Origin: Raja brachyura | Lineage: Eukaryota | NCBI GenBank assembly: GCA_963514005.1 | Contig: OY740814.1 | Location: 15,004,001-15,068,000 of the forward strand | Length of the DNA stretch: 64,000 nucleotides | Reading direction: 5' to 3' | Shown: positions 37,223 through 51,227 of the stretch, piece after piece | Layout: each line of letters opens with the position of its first letter | Position numbering within the stretch: position 1 is the stretch's first letter | Made by a program: the position numbers and the translations under genes | The notes under the pieces: model-generated | The model's input: the letters and a program-made list of their open reading frames with translations, nothing else | Told to the model about the DNA's origin: nothing | Databases searched by the model: none

Positions 37223-40200
37223 TTAGTTATATTCTTCTTCCTCTTCTTCTTCCACCTCCTCCTCCTCATCATGTCTTATATGAGTAACAAACTGGGATGT
37301 GTTTAACTGTAGCTGGGTTTGATTGATGGCATTTTCATTGTCTACCTGCATCAACGACTGTAGAAGGAAATGATTAGCAATGAAAATAAGGTAATCAATA
37401 GACACATTAGGTTAAAGCTATAATGAATCTTAAAGAACTTTCACTCCTTAAATTTAAGATTAGAATGACTATTCTAATGCAAAATATGCTTTTGCATAAT
37501 ATTAAATGTTTGTTCCCTTCTCTTTTCTAGTTCAAAACCCATTTTGAGGGGAATGAGTCTGTTGGTTCCCTACATTTGAGAACCTTGGAGGGGACAGGGA
37601 TATGGATTACGTAGGCTTGAGGAAGATACCTTTCGATTCTCGGGAAATTTTCACAACCTCCTAACATCTCAAATCAATTTACAGTTGTGTTGGAGTGTAA
37701 AGCTGCCAATTTGTGCACAGCAAGCTTCTGCAAATAGCAATGAGAAATTGATCAGGTATCTTTCAGTACTGAGGAATAAATGTCAGGCTGGGAGATCAGG
37801 AAGAGCTCCTCAAAAGTAATGTTCTGGGATCGTTCTCACCAGGGTGGGCTTCTCCATTTAATGTGTCATTAAAAATACACAACTTCACTGAGAATCTGGA
37901 CCAAACACTGGGTACCCCAGATGGGGAGTTGTATCCCTAGAAAATGGCCTGTATTCTAATTTTCTTTAACGCAAAGTCATGTTATCTGTGCATAAATGCA
38001 AATTGAGAAAAAAATGTGCTTATTCACGTAAATTCTGAGAGCGCGAATCAAATGGGCAATTTTATCCTCGATTCCTTTGAGTTTCTGAATGTTGTCTGAA
38101 CTGTGCTTATCCAGGTAAGTGAATAGTACACCGTCATGTTCTGTATTTGTACTTTGCAAATTTAAAGGCTTGAGTGTCATGAGATGATTCACTTTCAGCA
38201 GAATTCCCAAGCTTTGACTTGCTCAATCACAGGATACAGCATTCAAATTGACAAAAAGAGTACTGGTGACAAGCTGACCAAAGGATAGTTAGTGTAGGGC
38301 AGAACCCAAGAGAAAAAATTAAAATGCACGTACACAAATGAGCAAACTACAGGGGAAGCAGAGTAGACATGCAAGGAAGAAGGTACACATTGGGTTATTT
38401 ACAAAGTAATCTATTCAACCTTATTATCTTGTTCTAAATTCCTGCATTATTTTCTCCAAGTAATGGAAAATAGAACAAAGAAATGAGGTCCAAGTATGAA
38501 TATAGAAAAGTACATACAAATAATAAAGCATACCAGAATTAAGACAGCACATAACCAAAACAAAATTACAAGCAGTCACTGTGCCTGTCTAATCTGTCAT
38601 CTTGGAAATGTTTATTAGACATGACAGTATTTACAGCACAAAACACATTTCTCACCTCCATGGATTCAGGTGTTTGGCCACACTTGTCAGTACCAACAGT
38701 GTGGCCTTCATCTTTGGTCATGATCATGGATCGCAAGGCCAACTCTTCTACCTGCAATCATAGCAAACTCACATTAACATGGACACATTCCTAAAGCTGC
38801 AGATAGCCACATTAACAATAACTTGCATTCATGATGCATTTTGAAAAATAGCGACATTGCTGGTCACATAAATCAAACATGTATAGAACACAGAAACTGA
38901 AAAGCTATTTCGCCCCTCAGGCCTCTATCAAAATTCAACATGGCCTGATGTTTTTAGACCAAATGCTGGAAGGTGTTTAGATTATTATTTTATGACTGAC
39001 ACAAATACTGGCTGAATGACTCATTCAATATTGTGAATTATTAAATATAATCAAGGATTTGGGGGCTCAGATAAATCAATGGTTAGGCAGCGAGGTTAAG
39101 TTGAGGCCACAACCTGATTAATTATGATCTTAGTGAACCTGTAGGGCGTAATTGTATTATTAAATTTTCAGCTGCATTCTACCAAGACTCAGCACTTTGA
39201 CCGGATCATGACCAATCTATTTAAGTGCCATTTTCCATAAATATCTCCACATCCCCGACTCCATCTTGGTTCTGAACAAATTCATGACAGAGCCTGCACT
39301 ATGTAACAGGATAGGCCAGTAGAAACATCTTTCCTATGTCCACCTTGTTGAGCCCTAACTTTTATAAATGCTAATACAATCTCTTGTTCATCTAAAAGCT
39401 CTTAACAATACAAGTCTGGCCAACTCAATCTTTCATGGAAAATAAATTATCCTCAGAATGAGTCTCGGGAACCTTCACTGCACTCCTTGTGTAGTAGGTA
39501 TACTTTCTTGCACGATAAAGAGAGCAAATCTGTGCACAGAACTCACCAATGCCCCCATATAATTACAGCAATACTTCTTTACTCCTGTACTCAAATCTTC
39601 TGATGATAAATAAGGATAACATACAATTTTCCTTTGTAATGCCTTGCTGCACCTGCATGTTAACACACATAAACAATTCCAGATGATTGGAAGATCATAC
39701 CCAGACTGTTTACTATCTCTACCGCTACTCTTTTAAAACTCTGAGAAGTAAATTAAAGGTGTTTTGTACTTCTAGTACTTTAAATATATATATAATTTAA
39801 TTATTAGACACTTTTCTGGTATTTCTGGCTGGATTAATTCATGAAGACATGGTAATTGTTTCTGTGCCATTTGCTTATTCCATAATACAAATCCTCCCAT
39901 CTCTTTCTGTCAGGGACCCATCCTTATCTGTGCTTGCCTTTTTCTTTTTACACACCTATAGAAGATCATGCAGTCCAGTTTAAGTTTCCTGAGTGGATTT
40001 CTCACCTTAACAGAAATACATGATCTGCTGAGATGGACTGATGTGATGTAACTAAAATGCTGAGATTTTTATTTGATTACATTTCCCCAAGTCCACTGGA
40101 GGGTTTGTTAGAGATGGGATTTGAATATTATCCTACCTGCCAAGCTGTTGCTATTATAGGATAAGGGAATGGAGGGACATGGATAACACACAGGCAGAAC

Positions 40201-40537
40201 AGATTAGTTTAATTCGGCATCAGATTGAACACAGACATCGTGGGCCAAAGGGCCTGTTCCTGCGTTGCACTGTCCTATGTTCTAAGACTGGACAGATGAA
40301 TGGTAAGATAGTGGCAAGGATTTGTGCATTTTATCTGGGACATCACCTAACCTGGAAATATTTGATTGAAAGGGATTCCATCTCCTGGCATGGCACAGCA
40401 CCACAAGAGGACAATCCACTAAACACAAACCTTCTTTGTGGATTTACCTTGAGTCGGTTTAATTGATCTTGTAAAGTGCTTTTGATCTTCAGTAGAGCTT
40501 CCTCTTCTTTTTTCAGCTCTTGTAGCCGACTCAACAT
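37223..40537 (-). CDS. SNAPC5: snRNA-activating protein complex subunit 5 (SNAP19), 106 aa; coding exons 40448-40537, 38656-38751, 37223-37357
   Basis: MLSRLQELKKEEEALLKIKSTLQDQLNRLK|VEELALRSMI...|SLMQVDNENAINQTQLQL...EEEEEEEYN*; all phase-0 GT-AG junctions. Confidence 0.95.
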
Positions 40538-42179
40538 TCTAAGCCTCACTGTGATTTACAGCTCACCTGCAAGATGTTTAATTCACTTGCTCTCAATCAT
40601 ACATTGCAGTCCTACCAGGAGCAGCTATCTATGTGTGAAGACCAGAACAGATATGCAAGAGCAGCTTCGGAAATGTAGACTGCTAATTAAAGACAAAATA
40701 GCAGTATGTCATGAAATAAAGGTCTTTTCACGAGTCAATCAATACCTGAAAGAGAAAAATTGTTCAGTACTTGGAGGAATCACATCCACAATATTAGTTA
40801 ACCTTCACCGACTTATGAGAATCCCAGGTCATTCAGAGCTTAAAATGGAGAAGGAGCATTTATGATGGCTCCAAGTACTTTTGTCAGAAGCCTGGTACAA
40901 ATGACAGGAGTGCGTTAGCATCCAAACTGTCCACCCATTCACTCCCCCTGTGGAAGAATTTTCAGATCTCATATCGACCATTGACCTTAGGCATCTAGCA
41001 AAGGAAAATTAAGCCTGTACACTATTTCTACACTCTTCATCCGCTACCCACTTCAGCTTAAATATCCAATCTGAGTAAACACCAACTTTAGAAAGCTATG
41101 CTACATTCTAATGGAAAGGTTTAAAATGATTTTTAGGAAGAAATTTAAGTAAAGGACTGAGAACCAAACCCATTCATCTTTGAAATTAGAAGCAATACAT
41201 TTTGTAAACAATGGTGGAAATCTTAGGTGGTTCCCCAAAAAAACGAGTTTGTGGATGATGAAGGCACATATCTGGCGGTTGGTTAACTGAGTTGCAATAG
41301 AGACGAGGTATGACGTAACTGACCCTGCTGTCAGTGTGGAGTTTACATGTTCTCCATGTGACTAAGTGGATTTACTGTAAATTGCCCATCGTGTGCCAGT
41401 GAGTAGATTCGGGGGAGAGTGAGAAGGGGCATGTTAACAAGAAAGTTGGGAGAATAAAATAAGTCAGGGAAGGGTTGGTGTAAAAATGACAGTCGCAGTT
41501 GGATATTAATTCAGATCCGTTACTCCAGGCCTTAGGATTTCTAGCACAGTAATATGGCAGCTGCACCGTCACAGTTTAAGGTGTAGAAGGAATCACAGGA
41601 AGACACGAGTGCTGGAATAAGTCAACGGGTCAGGCAGTATCTCTATAGACAACATGAATTGGTGATGTTTCGGGTCGCGACACAAGACACTGCGGATGTT
41701 GGAATCTGGAGCAACAAACAATCTGCGGAAGAAACTCAGCGGGTTCAGCATCATCTGTGTAGGGGAAGAGATTGCAGGGTCCTGAAGCAGAGTCCCATCG
41801 CAAACATCCACAATTCCTTTCTTCTTACACATGCTGCTCGACCCGCTACGTTCCTCTAGCAGACTGTTCGTTGCAAGAAGAAACCGTTTCCACACTGTTG
41901 TCAGGGAGGGAGCTCCATAACTCAACAACGTTTAATGCAGAGGAAAAGCTTTATCACCAAATCCACACTAACAGCTGCAGGTTAATTCCCTGATGAAAGC
42001 CCTGGGTGGCGACGACACATGCCGGTCACACACACACCTTGCTGCACCGCAAACTTATCATTCACCACGCCCCGTCTTTAACCATCAGACTTGAAGAAAC
42101 CGGTGCAAAGTACAAGGTTTCGCTGATTCTGTGAGCTTGGGCGATTCAGTTGCAGCTCGGGGTTCTTTGCACCCTCAGA

Positions 42180-42480
42180 CAGACAGACAGACGACCGGTC
42201 GGCCCGTCGCCCCACTGATACCTGAACACGTCCCACCTGCGCGGCGTCCGACACGACCGGAACCCGCTGCCCCCACGCAACCGATCCGTCACTTCCGACT
42301 CCCCGCGCATGCGGGCTGGAGACACGTCAAACCCCTAGCAACCGCAGGTCGCCAGCAAACGGTGGAGTCGTTCACCCAGATCCCGCTTCCAGCGCCGGCA
42401 CCGACAGCCTGAAGTGGAGCCCGCTGTGGCCGAACTGCCGATTGTGGTTTTGTCCATTGGTTACACCGAATCGAGCACCT
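42180..42480 (-). promoter_or_regulatory. SNAPC5: CpG-island promoter and probable non-coding first exon of SNAPC5
   Basis: CpG-dense; CGGAAGTGACG (ETS/CRE overlap, 42287-42297 on -); GCGCATGCG (NRF1-like, 42305-42313); CCTAGCAAC (RFX-like); donor CAG|gtatca at 42222 and acceptor ttgcag at 40566. Confidence 0.7.
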
Positions 42481-43239
42481 TTAACGTTGCAAAGTACCAC
42501 GAGCCTCAGGTGCCAGAAAGTTCGAAGCTGTGTTGTGTGTGAGTTGCCCGAACCCTGTCTGGGGGCTGTGAAGTGAGAGGGGAGTTGATTGTAAATAAAA
42601 GATCCTGAAGGTCTCGAGCAAAAAAAAAACTGCTGGAGGGACTCAGACTGTCTGAATAAGGATCCCGTCCCCAAACATCGTCTGTCCATTTCCCTCCACA
42701 GATGCTGCCTCACCCGCTGCTCTCCTCCAGCACTTTGTGTTTTGCTCAAGCTTCCAGCATCTGCAGGCTCATGTCTCTCTATCCTGAAGGAAAGCACGTT
42801 TCCTGGCTTGAAGAATCGAGAATTAGATGTCACTGGTTAAAAATAAGATGTTCACCATTTAAGACCGAGATGAGGCTTTTTTTCCTCTCGGAAAAAGTCA
42901 TGAGCCTTTGAAACATTGTCATAAAGTGGAGTGTTGGAAAATGATTAACTTGAGAAGTGAAGGTACATGGAGTTGAGGCTGCAATTAAGTTAGTTATGAC
43001 ATTAAATGGTGTTTAAGATAGCGGCTGCGTTGTACATTCACATGCTTTATAATTCCACACCAGCCTGCTTTCACTTAAATTATGTTTTCTAACCCTGCCA
43101 TATTCCCTTTCTTTCACACATGTATTATAGAAACTAGTTGAAGATAATAGTTCTAAGTTCGGTTTAAATTTAACTTCCCTGCCATTGTATGCCATTAGTA
43201 CACAAATGAGCTCATTAATTTACATTCTGTTGGCCCATT

Positions 43240-44790
43240 TATAAGTGATAGGAGTAGAATTAGGCCCATCAAGTCTACTCTGCCATTCAATCATGGCTGA
43301 TCTATCTCTCCCTCCTTACCCCATTCTCCTGCCTTTTCCCCTTAACCTCTGACATCTGTACTAATCAAGAATCTATCTATCTCTGCCTTAAAAATACCCA
43401 CTGGCTTGGCCACGGCCATCTGTGGCAAAGAATTCCACAGATTCACCACCCTCTGACTAAATACATTTCTCCTCATCTCCTTCCTAAAATAATGTTATTT
43501 AATTCTGAGGCTATGACCTCTAGTCTTAGACTCCCCCACTAGTGGAAACATCCTCTCCACATCCACTCTATCCAAGCCTTTCGGTTTTGGCCCGAAACAT
43601 TGCCTATTTCCTTCGCTCTATAAATGCTGCTGCACCTGCTGAGTTTCTCAAGTATTTTTGTGTATCTTCAATTTTCCAGCATCTGCTGTTCCTTCTTAAA
43701 CACCTTTCATTATTCTGTATGTTTCAATGAGGTACCCCCTCATTCTTTTAAACTCCAGTGAGTACAGGTCCAGTGACGTCAAATGCTCTTCATAGGTTAA
43801 CCTACTAATTCCTGGGATCATTCTTGTAAACCTCCTCTGGACCCTCTCCAGAGCTAGCACATCCATCCTCAGATATGGTGCGCAAAATTGCTCACAAATT
43901 CCAAATGCAGCCTTAGCAACGTCTTATAGGGCAATTGAAGGAAAGAGCGTTCGTGTCGCAGCCCTGTTTCCACCAATCTTTCCACCACCACGCACAAGCA
44001 ATGACACGACAAACCATTGTATGCAGATGCTGAGAAGTGTGTTCAGCTCTGGCTGAACAACTTCTAATCTTGTGTGTGGACTGTTTTTAAATACAAGCCC
44101 TCTTGAAATAAACGCTAGCATTGAGCTTGCTTTCTTTACTACTGATTCCACTTGCAGATTAGCTTTTTGGGAATCCTGCACCAGCACTCGCAAGTCCCTT
44201 TGCACCTACAATTTCTGAATTATCTCCCCATTTAAAAAGTAGTCTACACCTTTATTCCTACTACCAAAATACATGACTTCACACTTTGTTACACTATATT
44301 CCATCTGCCACTTCTCTGCCCACTCGCCCAACCTGTCCAAGTCTTTCTGCAGCATCCTTTTCAGTTCACCTTACTCCTTCGGCTATAAGCCAATGAATAG
44401 TCTATTACTACTAGCTGTGACACAATCATTCCCAGGAATGAGTGGGTTAACATATGATGAGAGTTTGACAGCACTTAGCTTCTACGCTCTGGAGTTTAGA
44501 AAGATGAGGGGGGACCTCAGTGAAACTTACCAAATAGTGAAAGGCCTTGGATAGAGTGGATGTGGAAAGGATGTTTACACTAGTGGGAGAATCTAGAACC
44601 AGAGGTCATAGCCTTAGAATTAAAGGATGTTCCTTTAGAGGGAAATTAGGAAGAATTTCTTGAGTCAGAGTGTGGTGAATCTGTGGAACTCATCACCACA
44701 AAAGGATGTGGAGGCCAAGTCAATGTTTTTTTAAGCAGAGATAGGTACATTCATGATTAATAAGGTTGCCTAATGTTGCTCCTATCACAT
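43240..44790. mobile_element. Cluster of CR1 fragments (- 43240-44360, + 44430-44790) with nested Penelope-derived arm 43583-43702
   Basis: QRDLRVLVQDSQKANLQVESVVKKASSMLAFISRG on -; PGMSGLTYDESL..EFRKMRGDL on +; nested arm flanked by CCTTTC duplication. Confidence 0.85.
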
Positions 44791-46289
44791 GAACTTATGA
44801 GCTATTATTTGGTGATGATTCCCATGTCCAGAATGCAGATCCATTATACTGATCTCATGCTGGGAAACAATATTAGTTAACAAAAACAACAACAAAATAA
44901 AATGATTAAAATATACCAGTTTACTAGCTTGTTGAATGCATTCTGAAAGATTGCAAGACAAGGCCGTGATGGCTTGGCCAATTGGAACACATTATGTAAT
45001 TGGCACCCAGGCAATGAAATGACAGTATATCAAACTGATTAAATTAACACTTTTTCATATGATCATAAGCGATAGGAGTACAATTAGGCCATTTAGCCCA
45101 TCAAGTTTATTCCGCCATTCAATTATGGCTAATCTATCTCTCCCTCCTAAGCCCATTCTTGTCTCCCAGTAAATTGAGCATGAGTACTTGAAAACCAAGA
45201 CTGCACGAGAGTTTATCAAGAACAGAGAGGCTGTCAGCCCTCACTGCCAAGACTATTTTTAAGAACTCCTCAACATACATCTTACAGAACTCTTTGACTC
45301 CATGTGATCAGAAGATGTGATCAGAAAATCAAGAATAGCTGTATGCAGCCCAAAACGTTACTTTTCCATGTTCTCCAGGGATGCTGCCTGACCTGTTGAG
45401 TTATTCCAGCATTTTGTATCTATTTAAGAATTTACGTATAGACATATAGATTGATTGGTGAGTGGTGGACAGTCTGTTTAGAGTCATAGGGTTATACACC
45501 ATGGAAATAGCCCTTTGGTCCAACTCATCTATGCTGACCAAAGTGTATTCCTGAGCTAACCCACTTACATTCATTTGGTCCACGTTCCTCTAAGCCATTC
45601 CTATCCATGTACCTGTCAAAATGGCCTTTAAACATTGCAATTGTGCTGACCTCAACCACAGCCTCCGGTACTTAATTTCATATGTGAACATTCTTCTGAG
45701 TGAAAAAGGGTATGGCTGAATGTATATAGGAGAAACCTGAGGCATGATGCTCTTAATACTTAGGAGGCTGAACATGTAATACAGATCCTTTTTTAAATGT
45801 GACATCTTAATTAGAATATATAAATCTTTTTGAATTAAGAGTAATTTGCGTGGTTTTCTACATGCAGCCCCAGAGAGTTATCGCAGAGTGGCACAGCAGA
45901 TAGAACTATTGGAACAATGTGAAAGCATTGGAGAGGGTCCAGCAAAGATTTATAACAATGGTTCTTGAAATGAGGGATAACAATTACAAGATTACATTAG
46001 AGAGGCTGGATATGTTTTCCTTGAAGAATGGAAACCCTAAAGGACAGATTTAATGAACAGTCTAGGCATAGTTCATTGTGAGAGTGTTCTCTTTGGTGGA
46101 GTTGTTGAGGAACTAAAGATCATAGGTAAAAATAAAAAAGAATTAAGAACGACGTGAGGAACATGTCTTATGCAGCGTGTGTTTGAAATCTGCAGATGTG
46201 GTGATAGTGGCTTTAGAGGAATTAGATAAACGTATGGTGGAAATATCTCTGCAAGGTGATGTAGATAGGACTAAGGGCCGATCTAATAA

Positions 46290-46660
46290 AAAACACACAA
46301 CTTTCTGGGTCAGGCAGCAGATCTGGAGAACATGGAAAGGTGATGTCTCAGGCTGAGATTCATCTTCAGACTGATCGCAAAAGGAGGGGAAAAGCTGGAA
46401 GACAGGTGAGGGTGGGAAAATGTGACCAGTGGTGGGATCATGTTGAAGGTGGTGGAAGAATGATGCGTTAGATGTGGAGGCTGGTGAGAAGAAAGGTAAG
46501 GATGAGGGGACTTGTATCCTTGTTTTATCAGTGGGGAGAGGTAGCAAGATCAGAACTACAGGACACAGAGATGTGGGTGAGGGTTACACCTACCACACCG
46601 GTGTGCGGAGGCATATTTACAATGTACATATTTACATCTCGGATGAAAAATTGAGATCTA
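46290..46660 (-). mobile_element. Penelope-like element remnant (ORF fragment plus terminal hammerhead-like region)
   Basis: FFHHLQHDPTTGHIFP resembles the PLE RT/GIY-YIG linker; adjacent minus-strand CTGAAGATGAATCTCAGCCTGAGACATC. Confidence 0.6.
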
Positions 46661-48938
46661 GTGAGTTGCTCTGGTAGTGAGTTGGCATAGGTCTCAGGAT
46701 AAGGGGTCAGTAAATGGGTTATTGGATACTACTCAGACACATAGTACACTCAGGAGAGATTATTAAAGCTTTAGATACTAATTGAATTATAGGATATGGG
46801 AATGGATAGGAAAGTAGAGGTGAGGTCGATAAGCCATCGTCTTATTTCTATGTTCGTGCTAATTGCCGTTTTTCATCCTTAGAAATTTCTCTTGATCTGC
46901 TTATTTTAAAATGAAATAACTTACCTGGAAGCCTGGCTACAGTTACAATATCTCCTCTTGTATTCATATATTATTTTGGCATCTAATAACAAAACAAATG
47001 CATTGTCTTGTATCCTTAAGATTAACCAGCAGCTTTAACTGAAATCATAAAAACTTGAAAGCCAGAATTAAGTATTCAATTAGAATTATCCAACTTTTGT
47101 GTTGACTAGAGGGAGGAGACATCTATTTGTTGGAGTATGAACAAGTAGATGAGGATATTTTATCTATTTGTGCAGTTCAGAGTAGAATATGTGATTTCCT
47201 TGATTCTCTCATACCCATGTATAAAAACATAATAAAAATAATAATTTCCAAAATAAATACTGGCATAGACCACTTGACTACATTGACCTGTTTTGGAGCT
47301 ATACATAATTTGTAGTACCTTGAAGAGACTTCAGGGTAACTTGTTTCTTCAATAATTGTTGCTAAATACGCCAATTCTAGGGATGAAACTGCTGGAGGAT
47401 TGTCATTAGGATTTTTGTTAGCTTTAACAGTTCAAAGGCTTTTTCCTTTTTGGCAATCTCTCACAGTGAAATTGAGAGATGTCTAGTAGGATATGGATTG
47501 TGTTGTATTAACATTTACATATTCCCAACAAGGAAAGAGTTTATTTTTAATTGAACTATGGTTATATTTTGTAACCACAATCTCTGATTGGTACATCAAA
47601 CATCATTTGACCCCCTTTTAATTATTATGTAATTATGGCATATAAATTCAGAATTTAAGCCGTCTAAAAGTTTGTTCATATTTGTTAAATTTTAGGTATC
47701 TGACCACTTGTAAACTTGTTCTGAACCAATCCTCAGCAGAGTAGTTTAAAAAAAGATATAGTCCACTATATATGTGTCTTTTACTTTATATTTCAGTTAT
47801 AGGAGCAATTCTCGACACACCCAGAGTAGTTGAACTCTCTTTTTTTCTACTCTGCCTTTCTAGTAGAGCGTTCTCCCTGAATCTTTACGCATACTCATTG
47901 TTGGTGGCCTGTATTTCAGATGGGATTGATTTTTTGACGTCGGATCATCCTGTTATTCACAATATTGTCATGCTTGTGAATGCACTGGCTGATGAATAAA
48001 TAATTGATTACCAACTTCCAGCTCTCCTTATTGTTTTCCATTTTTCTCTCCTGTCCACATATCAGTTCTGGCTTAGTGGGTACCATGCTTGTCTCTCTAT
48101 CAATAGATTTGAAGTTTAAAGACTTGACCATAAAATATAAGGCAAAGTTTATGTCCAATATTGATGAGTGCTTATGTTTTATGTTTTAGGTGTTGTAGGT
48201 ATGGTTTAGGTGAAATGTTAACCAGGCCCCATCTGAACGACCCAACAGCCATGTTTTGAAGTTTAGCAGACAGGTTTTCCCCTTATGCCCTAAACTGCAC
48301 ACTAAACTAAAATACATACCTAGATATTGTCAATAATAGTTTGATCTGTTAACATTGCTGTATTGTTTCCTATATTACAGTAGTGACTATGCTTTGTAAA
48401 TACTAATTTGGTGTAACAATGCTTTAAAATTTCTGAAAGTTGTGAAAAATATTACAGTGGTGAAATTCTTTCAGTTTGTTGCTGTTCTGAAGTTTAACAC
48501 TAAGTACCACGTTGCCTTATTGAAATGAGCCTGTTCTGGAGTGCAAGAATATGCTACTTAGTATACCTTGAGGATTCACCAAATGTACAGTAACTGCAAG
48601 TATAGAATGAATAATGTGCATAAAATATGGTCCCGTATTCACACATAATTTCCATCTGAAACTCTTACCTTGTCTTAGAGGCTGTTAAGAATATAGGAAC
48701 AAAGTGTGACCCCACCTTGTAATGTGGCATTACCTTGTTTGCTTACATAGACACATCACTTTGAGAGCAGCTGCTTCATTGTTACTGCTATAACGTTGAG
48801 ATCTGTAAACTCAACATTCTGCAGGCAATCATTGTTTCCTTATTTCTTTGTAGTAGCTCTTATTTACTGTGGAGTTGGAATATTATATCATCTAAGAAGA
48901 TAAGAGAGCGAAGCAGAAATAGACAATATTATTTAATG

Positions 48939-49160
48939 GGGGTTACACAAAAAGCTGGAGAAACTCAGCGGGTGCAGCAGCATCTAAGGAGTGAAGGAGA
49001 TAGGCGACGTTTCGGGTCGAGACCCTTCTTCAGACTGAAGGGTCTCGACCCGAAACGTCGCCTATCTCCTTCACTCCTTAGATGCTGCTGCACCCGCTGA
49101 GTTTCTCCAGCTTTTTGTGTAACCCTCGATTCTCCAGCATCTGCAGTTCCTTCTTTAACA
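48939..49160. mobile_element. Young fold-back Penelope-derived element with perfect 89-bp inverted arms and hammerhead core
   Basis: Arms 48940-49028 / 49037-49125; TSD CAATATTATTTAATG (48924-48938, 49161-49175). Confidence 0.9.
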
Positions 49161-49734
49161 CAATATTATTTAATGCCCACTCTGCCATATGGTAAGGTCA
49201 TTGTTGATCTGTTCATTAGTCTCATCTTCAATTTCCTGCCCAGCCCCAATAACCTGCGAATGCCCGGTGGTCCAAAAATCTCTCCATGAGTTAACATCTG
49301 GCCCAATTACAAACTAGTGAATCACAGTTTCATGTTGAACTAATTCCAGCTTGTTGTGAGCCTCTTCGCATTGGTACTGAAGTAGTGAACGCAGGACAAG
49401 CAAATGTGTCTTGTTTTTTATCCGATTGAACTAACTTTTGACTCCTATGTAATTCGACACGAAACTAATCAGTATTTGATGTTTTTTTAAATAACAAATT
49501 CTGCTTGGTAATGCTGCTGATCCAGAAGTGAGAATGAATTGGGTCTGACTAAATTTGTGAATATTAATCTACCTGTTGAGTCTTTACAAACCATTGTAAA
49601 GCCCCCATTGCCAATGACATGCAGTAGTCAGGGGGGAAAAAATGCTGTAAATCGTATTTAGTACATTGCATTGGCTGGAGCAAAGGCTTTCCTGGTCAGT
49701 GATAATGCAACAACTGTTAGTCTTAAGCCAAAAG

Positions 49735-50290
49735 ACCATAAAACCAAGATCAGAACTAGGCCATTCAGTCCATTCAATCACGGCTGATCGATGTTTCCGT
49801 CTCAAACGTTCTTCTGCCTTCTCCCCTTAACCTTTAATGCCTTTCTTAATCAAGAATCTATCAATCTCTGCCTTAAAAAATACCCAATGTCTTGGCCTCC
49901 AATGTCTGGCAATTCCACCCAATGGCTTAAGAAATTCCTCCTTGTCTCCATTTTAAAGGAACATCTTTTTATTCTGAGGATGTGTCCTCTGCTTCTAGAC
50001 TCTCCCATTACTGGAAACATCCTTTCCACGTCCACTACTGGGCCTTTTATTTTCAGTCAGGTTTCAATGAGATTCCCCCCTCATCCTTCTAAACTCCATT
50101 GAATAGAGGCCCAGAGCTTCAAATGCTCCTCATACGTTAACCCAATCATCCTCGGGATCCTTTCTCATAAACTTCCTCTGGACACTTTCCAAAGCCAGCA
50201 TATCTTTCCTCAGATATGGGGCTCAAAACTGCTCATAATATTCCAAATGCGGCCTCATCAGCCCCTGAAAAAGCCCCAGCATTACATCCT
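49735..50290 (-). mobile_element. CR1 LINE 3' fragment
   Basis: DVERMFPVMGESRSRGHILRIKRCSFKMETRRNF. Confidence 0.85.
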
Positions 50291-51227
50291 TAAACAAACG
50301 GAAAAAGAACTGCTGGATGAACTCAGCTAGTCAAGTTGCATTTGTGGAGGCAAGGGGATCATCTACCAGAAATGTTAAGCAGATTCCAGCATCTGCAGCC
50401 TCTTGAGCCCCAGAAGCTAGTTTTAGAATGAAGGCTCCACTCTGCAAATTAGTCATTTTTTGAGAGCAGGGTGTCAGCCATTCATGACAGATTATTTTTG
50501 GCCTGGAGACTTTGAAAACATAACCATAGTTATGAGGGTCTCTTGGTGGTAATGCTCTTAGACAAACAGTGATATTTCTGTGCTTGGTTCTTCAGCCATT
50601 TTCAGATTCCCTCTGAATCTACTTTGTTGCAAGATAAAGCTATAAATTAACAGAGTTAAAGAAATAAAATAAATGTTTTTTTAAATTATTGAATTACTGA
50701 TTAGATGCCCACTAATACATAGATCTCTTAAAATCTCTAAATGAAACAAAAACGTTGACATATTTAATATCATTATAAAATAACGTGTACTCCTGTTGAT
50801 TTCAGTCAGTCTGTAGAGTAATATGTATGTTCAAAAATATTGCCTTCTGTCCACCACAGGTATAATAACTCCAAACCCCTCAAGCATTAAATCATCTTGT
50901 ACCCATTAAACATTTGTGAATATCTTTTCTTGTTAGCATCAGAACCATTCAAGCTTGAGAATATTGGCAGATTACAAAATGCCATTTTATTTATATTCAG
51001 ATGAACACAAATAGGGGCTAAACTTCGTTCTTCCACACAAGATCTGCAACTCTCCACCCTCCCATCCCCCCCCACCCCACACCCCCAAATTGAAATTGAG
51101 TGGGCCTAGCTATAGTTTGACTTTCTTGAATTGACTCATCAGTAAGGTTGTACTTTTCAATATCCCTTATATCGATTTTGTACTTTAGTCTGCTTTGGTA
51201 GTTAACCCTTGCACTCTTCAAATACAG

